A DNA stretch of 64,000 nucleotides from NCBI RefSeq assembly GCF_023055435.1, contig NW_025964223.1, positions 42,098,001-42,162,000 of the forward strand, written 5' to 3'. This DNA comes from Haliotis rufescens. Its lineage: Eukaryota. A program made the translations under genes and the position numbers. The notes beneath the pieces were generated by a model. That model was not told where the DNA came from. It ran no database searches and saw only the letters and a program-made list of their open reading frames with translations. Shown piece after piece: positions 1-12,100 of this stretch (positions are counted from its first letter, which is position 1; each line of letters starts with the position of its first letter).

Positions 1-428
1 TACAGTTTCAGAGAGAGAATGAGGTTTAGGTTCACTTCACAACCACTGCCAACAGAACTCACCAGACTCGTCTATCTTAATACCGTCGTTTGTGAACCAT
101 GGATGAGCAAGCCTTGCCGGACATAAGAGACGGCACATTTTTGTGACTCAGGGTTGATATATGTATACTTAATTATATGTGTTCTGCAATAGATTTCATA
201 TTGACTGATAATTATACGCCGATGTGACCAAGTGTGCATTTTATCAGTGAGTGACAAATACATTCTGATAATGTTCCAATATCGGGGCGTTTTTCGTTCC
301 AAAGGGTTATCACCAATCATTGTTATGTGCATGGATGTCTAGGCAATCGATAGATCGATGTATTCGCCCAATGATGTATTCAGCTTCTGTATAATAATTT
401 GTCTTAATCGTCCAAGCTGTTCTTGTTT

Positions 429-627
429 AGGGGCCGACCATTCGATTTTCCGGGGGATGGGGTGCGGGGTGAATTCTTTAAAAAGATTATGCTTCATTGT
501 GGTGCAATGTGTTTTGTAGAAATACAATTGGCTCATAGTTTTAATTAAAAATATATCTGGTTTTGCAGCTGCAGTTGACGAAAATATCTGGTTTCGATAC
601 AAAATTGACTATCAAATGGTCGGCCCT
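429..627. mobile_element. MITE, about 200 bp
   Basis: Terminal inverted repeats AGGGGCCGACCATTCGAT / ATCAAATGGTCGGCCCT. Confidence 0.65.
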
Positions 628-1655
628 AATCAATATTCAAGCTATATGACGGCGATCTGATCGCAGTCGAGTATGGACCAGACAGTCAATCAATACGAAA
701 AGCATGGGTTATTGAAGACCAGTTCTAACCCGGATCTTTGCGGGGACTTAAGTGGCATTGCATCAGACTGACATGCATTTGTTGAAATATTTGTTTGTTG
801 TTCAACGCCGCACTCATAAATTTTCCAGCTATATGACGGCGGCCAGATTGACATGAACGTAGACAGTAAGTGACCAAACTCAAGGTTTATCCAGCTACGA
901 TAACTGAAGTAACTATATACATCGTATGTTGTTCCGTTCCTTCTTACAAAGCCAGAGTAAAAGTGGCCGTGGTTCCTAGATTCTCTCCGATTATGAACAT
1001 TGGTCTGTCCGCATCTTACCCCGCAGGTGGATTTCACTAAAGTATAGGATCCACCCAGGTCTCAGGTGTGAGCAGCGAACGCTTTAAACTAGCCTACCGA
1101 TAGTTCCCTTTTGAAATTAAAATGAATGATTCACCCGCAACCAACAGAAACTGATTAGAGTTGTATGCGTATTATTAACCAATCAAATGAGTCTAAACTG
1201 TCACTTAGGATCGATACTGTGAGTCAAAATCAGATCCGTTTTTCGGCCTCCATCGCCCTGCTATGGCTGGGATTTTCTGAAAGCGATGTAACCACCCACC
1301 TACCAACTCTCCCACAGCGTTGAAGAAGGCGCCGTTTCTCGTGGCCATTACGTTGGGCTTAATGATCCAGAAGGACAGAGGTTATGGAATGGAAACAATC
1401 TTTCAAGAATATGTCATCATCTCCGAGCATACGTTCTTCCCTGAATGTGCAACTGCTCTGTATGCGTGAGAAATGCGGGGCAAAATCCGACCACTGTGAA
1501 GGCTACTGTTGAACATGAAGAAAAATCAAGTTAACAATTAATGCTCCTGTAATTTCAAAATGTACAATGTCTCAGTGGCCGTAGTTTGCACAGGATTTCT
1601 CAGGCATACAAACATACCAGTATAGAACATTCAGCAAAGAACATTTCGTAAAAGT

Positions 1656-2001
1656 TGAGGTGAAAATGGGGTTTAACGTCGCGTCCAAGATTATTTCACT
1701 TATATAGCGACGCGCATACACGTGTGTGTGTGGCTGCTTATACTAGCCCGGACTGATGCCGATTTAGACTGCAAGCCCACTGAGATACCATGCCGCAGTT
1801 TAACATGAATACCCCACTCAGACACAGTATACTGACTCCGAGGCGACCAGTCCTTGTTTTAGCCCCTTAATGTCGAGCGCCAGACAGGGTAAGAACAAGT
1901 ACCATCATTTTAACGAGATTTGATATGAAGCTGTCGGGGATCGAACCCACGACCTCCCGCTCTCCGGGCGGACGCTCTACCACAAGACCACGGAGGCGGT
2001 C
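1656..2001 (-). mobile_element. tRNA-derived SINE family D (Meta-domain-like core)
   Basis: A/B boxes (GTGGTAGAGCG, GGTTCGATCC); tail GACGCGACGTTAAACCCC..CACCTC; matches the copy at 39149. Confidence 0.85.
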
Positions 2002-2442
2002 ACATATGGTTGGAGGTTAAATGTAGCAGATTGTAGAATAGTGTATATATGTGTGATTAAGTGTGAAATACAGCGATTTTAAGGGGAGAAATATTTTAAT
2101 TCATCAGGCGAATTAAATAAAATAAATTATGTATATAATTCCTTTTTCTCGTGAACTTTTTATAAAAAACTGTCTGGGCAGGGAGGTTTTGATAAATACA
2201 TTTTGCCGTTTGTCGTATATAATAATTGTAATGTACCACATATCGTCTTTTGGTCGGCTCGAAGTTTAAGGAGACGGCGAGCTCAATTAATATCACCCCT
2301 CTCTGTAACACGTCTTGTGTAAAACAAAAACATTGTTCAGGGCGAAGCAACTTTAGGTGCGGAAGGGTCATGAGGAACAAGTATTATAATAGTCTCATGA
2401 AAGAAAAGTGTCATTTCTGTGACAAACTTCCAATACCATGCA

Positions 2443-2692
2443 GGGGGCAGGGGTGGCCCAGTCGTCTAAGGCGCCGCGAGTTGCGTCCCTTGGGTACGCC
2501 AGAAACCTATCATTGTGGCTTCGAATCCCGGTTCGCCCCGATTATGTTTCTAGGTTTGTCAGCACCATACCCGTGCTCGTGGGTTTCACCTGCATCACTT
2601 CGGGCTTTCCTCCCACATTGAGCTGACACGGAATAACTGGAATACTGTCAAAAGCGGCGTTAAACCCAACTCACTCACTCACTCACTCACTC
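2443..2692 (+). mobile_element. tRNA(Leu)-like SINE family A
   Basis: GGTGGCCCAGTCGTCTAAGGCGCC head, TTCGAATCCC B box, tail AAAAGCGGCGTTAAACCCAAC(TCAC)n. Confidence 0.88.
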
Positions 2693-3507
2693 AATCCAAT
2701 TCCATCAAGTCATAATATAAGCCTGGTGTGGCGGTATTGGTATTGTGACGAGATAAGAAACAAGACATTTAGTGAATATATTTAAACGTATTTATTCTAA
2801 ACTATGTTTCATCATCAAATGTGAACGATACAATGACGCCTCAAATATCTAAGTACATTATTCTTTTTACACATCTTTCTCGAAAGCTGTACAACTGATT
2901 TCTATATTTTATTTTCAAATGAAATTATTACAATAAAAAATAACATTATATAATAATACATTATTGCGATTCAACTCCCCACAAATGCGATAACCATGAA
3001 CAAACCTTTAATGCTTCGTTTAGACATTACTTAATTTACATATCATCTCGTGCACTTTGTATAGAATGTGGCTGTTGCCGTTTTACCGATACTTATTTCA
3101 CTGTTTGAAATAACAAAAATATGTTATTAGTATCCTTAAATCGAAGGCCTATTTTTATCAATTTTGGATTTTATCGTTTTTATTGTTTTTCCTGTTACCG
3201 TTTTCGTATATTTTTATCGTTTATTCCATTTTGCAATGATCAGCAAATACAATCAGTGCAGCGATGACATGTGTATACGAGCGTAAGAGACCAATAAGGA
3301 AGTTATTCCGCCTGTCCCCTCTTGAGATTTTGTACAAACTTCGTCGCTACATGGCTGAAGAAATGCCGATGCGAAGTTAATTTTAACCCACTCACTCACT
3401 GTCCCATCTTCACTTGCTGCCTTGCAGGGTGCACGCATGATCATATTCACCGCCGTTACGCCGGCGCGCCATCTCACCCTGCATCCCTCACCCTGACCCC
3501 ACACGCT

Positions 3508-3665
3508 TTACATCAGGCTTGCAGCCCACTCAGTGACCCCGATCATCACAAACCCCAAGAAGGGCACCAGTGCCGGAAGTTGGCTGAACAGTGAGCGCCA
3601 CTTTGTTTCGTGGGAAGGTGATGCTGGAGGCGGGATGGCCATGGCTGCTTCTTCTCTCTCGGTAA
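3508..3665 (-). CDS. CBM20 gene coding exon 3 (Pro-rich linker plus hydrophobic tail)
   Basis: Acceptor TTTGCTTCAG at 3666, phase matches exon 2, stop TAA at 3510-3508. Confidence 0.75.
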
Positions 3666-5655
3666 CTGAAGCAAATGTAAACTTATAACATGATTGTGAT
3701 TTACCTTGTAAACAGACAAATCAAAATGCCAAACCATTCAGTTCACTGGACATCACTATAACATTATATAAAAGTCATATAGTCACGTGGAAAATACATA
3801 GCATGCTCAACGAAATAACGGTGACGATTTCCAGCCTCGGTCTAGAAATCAGAGCAATCTCTAACCGCTTAATTGATCTACATCATTAAATGTGAGTTAG
3901 CAGACCAATATTGCTAATATTGCCAATTGACGCCTTTAAGAAGCAGAGAGTCACTCACCTGCAAAATACTTGTCTTCGACAGTAGCATTTGCGATCCATT
4001 TGGTTGCTACATCCTGAGGCGCATTGCACGTCATCTGGCTGTAGTTGGCGATGTTCACTTTGGTCATGTCGACGTTTCTGTACATGGACACAGGGACACG
4101 GTGTTGGATGAGGGACTCGCTGTTCCATCTGGCTTCTATCACAAGACGCTCACAGTTGGTCTTCAGATGACGGTTCCAGCGCTCCTCCCAGCGTCTGACG
4201 GCTCCAGTCTCAGCGTCCAGAACCACCCACTTCCAGAGGTAGTTGACAGAACAGTCCAGAACAGTGTGAGCAATCCAGCACCCGGACTTATACGGGTTCT
4301 CTCTGGCGCGGATGGCGTTCTCTGGCTCCCAGGACCCGAGACAGGCCTCAGAACCCGCCACAGCCAACACCTCTCCTGGCTGACACTGGTATCGAGTGCG
4401 AATGTCTGCTCGGCATGTGCGGGAGATGAACTGAGAGTGTTTAAGACCCCATCGGACCTGCATAGTGCCGCCGAAGAAGTTCAGACTTGTCCTGCAACAG
4501 TTAAGTTCACACATACACCAGTCAGAAATTATTCAGTGGGAACGAATGTGTCCGTACAATCAGCTCTGTTTGAAGAAGCTGCGGCGATTGCACAACTAAA
4601 CACTGGTTCTAAATTTGGACCGATAAATGTTATTTATCATACGAGAAGAAGTCATGTTTTTGAAAGATCAGGTAAAGATAGTTACATTATTATCCTTCAA
4701 GGACAAAATAAATATCACATTCATGTGTGAAGTAAATCAAATTTATCTGTGTAAAATACGGTAGGTGCAGGATAAACAGTAACAACAATTATCATACATT
4801 AGATGGATTATCATGAGTAGGTACAGTAATAACAACAGAAGGATTATTTTGTAAAAAGATGGGCAGAGAACACGGATGAGGACGCCAATTAAACCGGTTG
4901 GAAAAATACTTAGCTGGGATGATTGGAAAACCTACTGCTAGGTAAATTTACAGTAGGCGGATGGGATGAAACAGCCTCGACCTCTTTATATGTGTACTTG
5001 GGCGTTTCACGATGTACTGATTTGATTTGATACTATATTAACTGATACTTGCCACGGGAACATATAGGGAAGGCTGCTCTTAAGACACTGATTGCATTAG
5101 AGCCTTTTATGGAAATAATTGACAACGTGCCATCAAACGTGTGTATGTTTCAAACACCCTGTAGGCCCTAGTTAAGCTGACGTAAATGTATTTGTACACA
5201 TCGCGGCTGATTTCGAAATAAAAAGGGGTAGGAAAGAAAAACGGACGTATTGTATCCATCGACTTGGGGAATTGAGTTGACACAGTATACCCAACTGATC
5301 ACATCGCAAATCTCATGTACTTGGGTGGAGAATGGTGCATGCTAATAACGAGGGTATGGAAAACTCACTGTCTGTTTCTAGCAGGGTCCCAGTACAAAAC
5401 CTGTGAATCATGCGTTGTCACCAGCCACGACCACGTGAACGTGGCCGATATGGGCAGATAACTCGTCACCTTCCACACGTCCTGCTCTGTCTCCGACGGC
5501 CCGGCAGTCAGCGTCTGAGGGATGTTCCAAGAGCCAAGGTCGGGGATCGAACCCAGGACTCCGAGTTTAACCCGGCTATCCGCTCTCATCGCGGCCTTCA
5601 CACCAGGGGGCAGGCCGTAGACCTGAAACACGACCTGTACAGTCAGGCCTGGCAT
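3508..5655 (-). CDS. Tandem CBM20 (starch/glycogen-binding) domain protein with C-terminal hydrophobic tail, 325 aa; complement(join(3508..3665,3959..4491,5369..5655))
   Basis: CBM20 signatures occur twice: LGVLGSIPDLGSWN..DVWKV..FTWSWLV..YWDPARNR and VLAVAGSEACLGSWE..GCWIA..YLWKWVV..RRWEERWNR. Introns are GT-AG and phase-compatible (CA|GTGAGT..TGCAG|G phase 2; G|GTGAGT..TTCAG|TT phase 1). The last exon encodes VTEREEAAMAIPPPASPSHETKWRSLFSQLPALVPFLGFVMIGVTEWAASLM*. Confidence 0.85.
3959..4491 (-). CDS. CBM20 gene coding exon 2 (second CBM20 domain)
   Basis: Acceptor TGTTGCAG at 4492 and donor GTGAGT at 3958; lies within ORF 3951..4514. Confidence 0.85.
5369..5655 (-). CDS. CBM20 gene coding exon 1 (first CBM20 domain)
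   Basis: MPGLTVQVVFQV...WDPARNRQ; donor GTGAGT at 5368. Confidence 0.85.
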
Positions 5656-5734
5656 CTCGGGGAAATACACACTGACAAAATAGCGACAGTCAGTTGAATG
5701 CGGCTGTGTATCTAGGCAGATAGACAACAATAAC

Positions 5735-5842
5735 GTCACGTGACACGCAGACTCAACCTCATGGTGTGACGTCATCATAGAGATACTTTCAAGCTGTGAC
5801 GTCATTGTGATTATAATCATGATTCAATTGTGACGTCACGTG
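5735..5842. promoter_or_regulatory. Candidate proximal promoter of the CBM20 gene: CLEAR/E-box plus three CRE sites
   Basis: GTCACGTGAC at 5735-5744; TGACGTCA at 5767-5774, 5797-5804 and 5831-5838 (the last overlaps CACGTG at 5837-5842); all lie 80-190 bp upstream of the ATG at 5655. Confidence 0.6.
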
Positions 5843-7141
5843 TTTGTGAAAGCAACGAGCAGCAGCACTCTGCTCGTCCCAGCCCAATATGACGTAGTCT
5901 GATGAATGAGAAATGTGTACCAGTGTTTTGTTTGTTGTTCAACGTAGTCTGTAAATAAGCGAGTTTGGATTAGACAATCCAGTGACAGACAGCATGAGCA
6001 TCGATCTAAGCATTGGGATACGATTACATGCATCAACTAAGTCAGCGAGCCTGAACACCCGATCCCGTTAGTTGCCTCTTACGACAAGCACAGTCGATCA
6101 AATGTGGCTACATATTTTAGAGGCTTTTTCGAGAGCAAAACAGAAACTTGGACAACATTTAACACTTTCAACCAGTCTTTCATTTTTCCACCATGGAGTT
6201 AAAAATTCAGTAATATGCAACTCGGTTAAATTGGAAAGTCAGAGGTTGACCCAGTACCAAGCAACCGCGATTCTCGCACAGCGTTGATTTTTCAAAACTA
6301 TGCGTCTGAACATAAACTCGGCACCCAGGATCCCATCGGTAATGTAGTAAATCACAATCAGACCCGAGTTGTATGCAACTCGCCGCCGTATGAATGGCGA
6401 GTTTTATACAACTTCAGTCCGTACAACTTATTGCATACAACAAATTGTATACAACTAGTTGTACCGTGTGAATGCCCCTTTAGTCCCCTCTTACGACAAT
6501 GCATGGGTTGCTGAAGGCAGTTCTGACCCGGATCTGCGACCAGCCGAATATACCGATTTTCCTACCAGCACATTTATTATTTCTTCGTTCCATTGTGATA
6601 AAATACTCTTCACCACGCAACTGTAGGGTCCCGACCTAAAGACACAACCTATAAAAAAACCGTCCAAGCAAATAACCCCGTTCTTTCACAGTTGAAACAA
6701 GCTGGAATTACACCAGAACTAGACTCAATTTGTTGTGTGTCACCTCAAGTACAACTTAGGACACCCTGTAGCACAAGGACAAACCTTCCGTTGTCTTAAT
6801 ACTCAGAATAAAACATTATTTCCAGCTAAAACATTATTATAACTATCTTGTAATTTGATTAATAGCTACGAAGGCTCGCTCTTACGAGGCCTGAAATTTA
6901 AAATTAGATGTATGCCTAAGTCCCGTTCAGAAGAGCCGTTCTGATTGATTGTTGATTTCAACCTCATGACCGAGAGACATTCTACGCAAAGTTGGTGAAA
7001 TGTTTGTCGATAAGATTTTAATCGGGTTATTTATTTACAAAATATGTTTAATATATATGCGTTTAAAATATTACAATAATGACAACCAAGTGACAGGGGA
7101 GGAAATATTCCCTCTTGGCCTGCAGAAACTGCATGATGTAA

Positions 7142-7413
7142 GAGTGAGTGATTTGTTGGGTTAACGCCGATTTTAACAGTATTCCAGTTATATCGCGGCG
7201 TGTCAGCTTAATATGGGAGGAAATGACGCAGGTCTCAGACGTTTACCACTTCGGTGAAACCCACGAGCACGGGTATGGTGCTGACAAACCTAGAAACATA
7301 ATCGGAGTGAACCGGGATTCGAACCCACAATCATAGGTTTCTGGCGTGCCCAAGGGACGCAACTCTGCACAGCGAATCGCGGCGCCTTAGACGACTGGGC
7401 CACCCGTGACCCC
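7142..7413 (-). mobile_element. SINE family A
   Basis: Reverse complement of the 2443 and 48690 copies. Confidence 0.88.
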
Positions 7414-9006
7414 TAACATGATGATTGTAAGAAACGAGTAGAACCGTTAAAATAGTTTTTTTTCCTGATTATATTCTTATGTAATTAGTTCCGTTGCTGT
7501 TCTTTCAAGCATAGGCGTGTCGAATGAAAGATCTCCACCAAGGCATCTGATTTGTTTCCTCTCAAAAACTGGCGTGATTGAAAAACACGATTATTTCAAA
7601 CATTGAACATTCATTTCAACAACAAAAGGGAGGAAGTATAAATTCTCACTTTACTCCAACGCTCACCACTTTCGGATGAGCGCGGTTTGATATCTAATTT
7701 AACATGTCATCAGAACAAGTATGGTTGACCGTAACTATATAGAAACAACAGTCGTGCAAATATAAAAATATAAATATCAGTATCCCATTTTGTTTTGGTG
7801 TCAATGAAAAGCAGTATCTTATTAAAAGGAGACTAAACGAGAACCAACTGGCGGTTACGTTAAGTCCACTTAGTCTGATTAGTTTCCTTTGCGTGATGAT
7901 TATCAATCTAGCGGTCAAGGATTACCACAATCAGAGACACAATTCATTCATATGCGGCCGGAATAGCCTCTGTTTTCGCGTTCGACAGGTGGAGTCCGCA
8001 AAAATATTGCAAATTTTAAGTTGATAATTTGTTCGTTGGTATTTTCTATACATTACTATACGGGCGGTGAAATTATCATAACAATTTTATGTATTTTAAA
8101 GAATGAAAGATTATATCATTTCTTCCCAGGTGCTTATATCACTTTATTGAATTGGGAGTGGGGGTGAACTCCACACGTGAGTTGAAATAACGTGATGAAT
8201 GTGATGAAATGGGACTTAACTTTGCAGTTTTAGTTATAGTTTTACAACTTTGGTATTTAAAATAACGAACTGCTAGACAGTATATGCACGTATCTGACTG
8301 TTTAATTTGTGCTTTCATTAGATATTGAAAGCCTGCATATCATGAATAGTCTCAACATAATAACGGTTACTATTGTGTCGTGTATGTTCATTATAATCTG
8401 TTGCACATTTCGTAGATTTTTTCTAGGTATTTGAATTACATTTTACAGTGATAAAACAAACATTTCTTGGTTCCAAATTCGACATACTTGTGTCGGCTAG
8501 AATGCAGCTGAAATGTCACTTAGATGAAAGAATCTCCTAGCTCCTATCTTTGATGATATCGGAAGCAAAGATTGATGTCGAGGTGACACATTAAACGCTT
8601 CATGTCATATGCGTGTTTTCGTTGATTGGACAAAGTAAGAAAAATTCTTACGCAAAGCATATAGCATTTGGCAAGACAGTTACTGTAGACAAGGTTGTGC
8701 TTAGCTTTGTATATTCAAAAACATATTGACGGGATGAAGAGCTAATGTTTAAGGCTTTTTATCTTCTCGCCGAAGAATAAAATTTACAACATAAACAATG
8801 TAATTGGTGCAAGTGGTAGTAAAATCACCACGTGCAGTACAAAATGTGGCTTTAGTGAATCATCTTACAAAACCCATACAAACCAAAGACAACATGAAAT
8901 ATAAAGCATGCAATAGGGAGCCTACAGTGATTTTTGTCCTATGGAATGTTTAAATTTGAGAATCATCTCCCGAATGAAATGCAGTTTTAGTTTTGCACGA
9001 ACCAAA

Positions 9007-9117
9007 ATGGCTGCGCCCTTGACAAGGCATGTGCCGGTTTGTGTACCAATGTTGCAACAGATTGGATTGTTATCCAGATTGTCAACAAGCACAAACCCAG
9101 ATAATAACAACAAGAAG
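9007..9117 (+). CDS. WARS2: WARS2 exon 1 (mitochondrial targeting peptide)
   Basis: AAAATGGCTGCG start context; donor AAG|GTACAT. Confidence 0.8.
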
Positions 9118-12100
9118 GTACATCCATCATATAGTGAGCTGACGCGTTATTAATCGTATTTAATTATAGAAAATGAGACCTACGTGTAATATGTCTGTCC
9201 TAATTTCGATCACTTTAGATCTTCAAAATTGTATTTCTGAATTATATTGGGAGTAGCTTGGAGACTTTGCCAGGGCCAGGGTCTTTAAATATGAGTCTTA
9301 ACTGATAAGAACACCCACCTAATATACACATCGTCATAGGCACGATACGCAAGCATACGAAAAAAACCAAATTGTCAGCTTTAAATTATCTTTGTTTGAA
9401 AAAGAAAAAAAACAAAACACCACGCCCCTTCCATCGGTACAAAAACAGTTTGTATCATGGGGACACAACACTGTTTGCACGAGTCAGATAGTCATGAACA
9501 AGTGCATGTGCACAAATTGTTTCAGTTACTATAAGAGGCCAGTGTTATACAGCCACGTTTAAACAAGTGTTAGTCACAGCTCCAGGTGCATATTTGCATA
9601 AAATATGCAAATTAAATCACCATAATCCAATCAATTTTGCGTTGTGTGCCCACAAGTACACATGATAAAAAATTAATAACCGAAATGAAATATATAGTAA
9701 GTAAACAACAGGCACATGTACAACACTGTATTTCCCAGTATAGCATAAAATTTTCAGCTTGCGTAGGCATACACGCATATATATTTAAAGATCTTTACTT
9801 ACTGACTGAATACAGGCATCATAAAAATACATGCAGTGAATTATCCACAGAATAGAAGTAAAATTAATTTCAAACATGTCATTGTTGTACAAAACCCAAG
9901 AGGGTAAAACTATATTGAATACCAAATAAAATAAGTATCAACATGATCAATACCCAATCTGAATGATAACATCATAACGTGAGTGAGTATGGTTTTACGC
10001 CGCTTTTAGCAATATTCCAGCAATATCTCCACAGGGGACACCAGAAATGGGCTTCACACATTGTACCCATGTCGGGTGTTTGGCGTGACGAGTGAACGCT
10101 TTAACTATCAGGCTACCCAACCACCCTTGTGAGCAAATGACAAATGCTAAAACAATTCTCTTGAGCACTTGTTAGTTGTTTGTTTTCTAAACGTTCCACT
10201 CCATGTGACAAAAAGTCTGTAGAGGATTGTTGGTTGTATATACTGAGCTGTAGATAAGCTTTTGGTTATTTGGGTATTTTCCCCAGGGTTTTGATTTTGA
10301 TTGGGTATTAGTAGTGGGACGATATTCCGATGCATCGCTGGATTGCGATTTTTTACTTCTCGATACAAGTATCGATCACAATCGCACACTAAGTAAAAAG
10401 TATCAATTCTTACCTAATATGTATTTTTTGATAAATGTTACACCAGTCATTGGATTACTAGTGACAATAAGTAGTGAATATGTTCATATTTTCATCCACT
10501 GCGCCATACTTGACACTGCCAACTGTAAATTGTTAGTGTGCAAGGTATTTGGCTGTCCTGTCTATTAAAAAAGATGGCTTACAGACCACAGCTAAGAGCA
10601 CATGCAAGTATCGTGATACATATTGGATCGTGAGCAAGGTATCGTGATACATATCGGATCGCACAGTTGGTGTATCGTCCCAGCCCTATTGGGTATCCAC
10701 AATTTTAGAGGGTATTCAAATCTTTTTCACCCACCTGTTTCTTGACATTTGGGTATTTTAACTTAAAATCTGTTTTGGTACATTCCCCTTAATCATTTAA
10801 AACTATGTGAATAGTTGTATAACCGCAATGATAACCCGCTGATACACAATAATGTTTTCTGACAGTTGTAATATATGCAATTTTTTATCTAATAGCTGTA
10901 ATTTTATTTCAATAGCTTGTTTATAGATTTTGCTTTAAAAGAGTAAAAGAGAAAGAATTGCTAACTAACAGATGCAATTCTTTTTCAGGCTTCCAAGTTT
11001 GCACATTGTCCCCGAAGAGTATTTTCTGGAATACAGCCAACTGGCATCCCTCACATAGGCAACTACGTTGGCGCCATTAAGAACTGGGTTCAGCTGCAGA
11101 AGAAGTATGATGATGTCATCTTCAGCATCGTAGACCTCCATTCAATAACAGTACCTCAGGATCCAGCTGGCCTCAGGTGTGACATCCTTACAAGCCTTGA
11201 TGCTGTCATGTTTATAGGACCCGTGAAGATCCGGGGTAGAATAGGTCTTCAGCAACCCATGCTTGCCGTAAAAGGCGACTATACTTGTCGTAAAAGGCGA
11301 CTAATGGGATCGGGTGGTCAGGCTCACTGACTTGGTAGATGCATGTCATCGATCCCAATGTGGATTGATGCTCATGATATCAATCACTGGATTGTCTGGT
11401 CCAGACTTGATTATTTACAGACCGCCGTCATGTAGCTGGAATATTGCTGAGTGCGGCGTTAAACAACAAACCAACCAAAGCAATGTCATGTGTATAGAGG
11501 CACAGAGGTCCAGTCGGCCAATCTGCAATGAAGACTCCCCAGGACTCCCCAAATGTTGTTTCAAATCCTTACTCATTTTCTGTTTGTTCGCCCAACCAAG
11601 GCCCAGGTTTAATTCCCATATTGGCCATGATATTTCTAAAATTGACATAAAAACATACTTTATCACTCACTCAGATGTTATGTCAATCAACATGGTAATG
11701 TTTCCTGTGAGAATTCATGGAAAAAACTTCTAAAGATTTACCATTTTTCTGAGAATATCTTTCAGTTCGAACCTGTGGGGATGCCTGTGCCCAGCACCCT
11801 ATGTTTGTGATAGACACGACTAAATGGATCAGATGGCCAGACTCTGTTACGTGTTTGACTACATGTCTTTGTATCTCAACTGTGTAGATCGATGTTCATG
11901 ATGTCAATTACTAGATTTATTAGTCTTCTTCAGACTCGATTATTTACTGACTGTTGTTTAGTAGCTGGAATTTGCTGAGTACAGCATAAAACAACAAAGA
12001 AACAAAAAACAAAACCTTTAAAGTTCAACAGTCATAAAATCCAAGGTAGATTAGGTCTTCAGCAACCCATGCTTGCTGTAAGAGGCGACTGAGCTTGTCG

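Noticed and set aside
3927-4730. 267-aa plus-strand ORF
   Set aside because: Antisense shadow of CBM20 exon 2 with no recognisable motifs.
5656-5820. N-terminal extension of the CBM20 ORF (MIIITMTSQL...)
   Set aside because: It runs through the CRE/CLEAR motif cluster and has no domain similarity; the ATG at 5655 starts exactly at the CBM20 domain.
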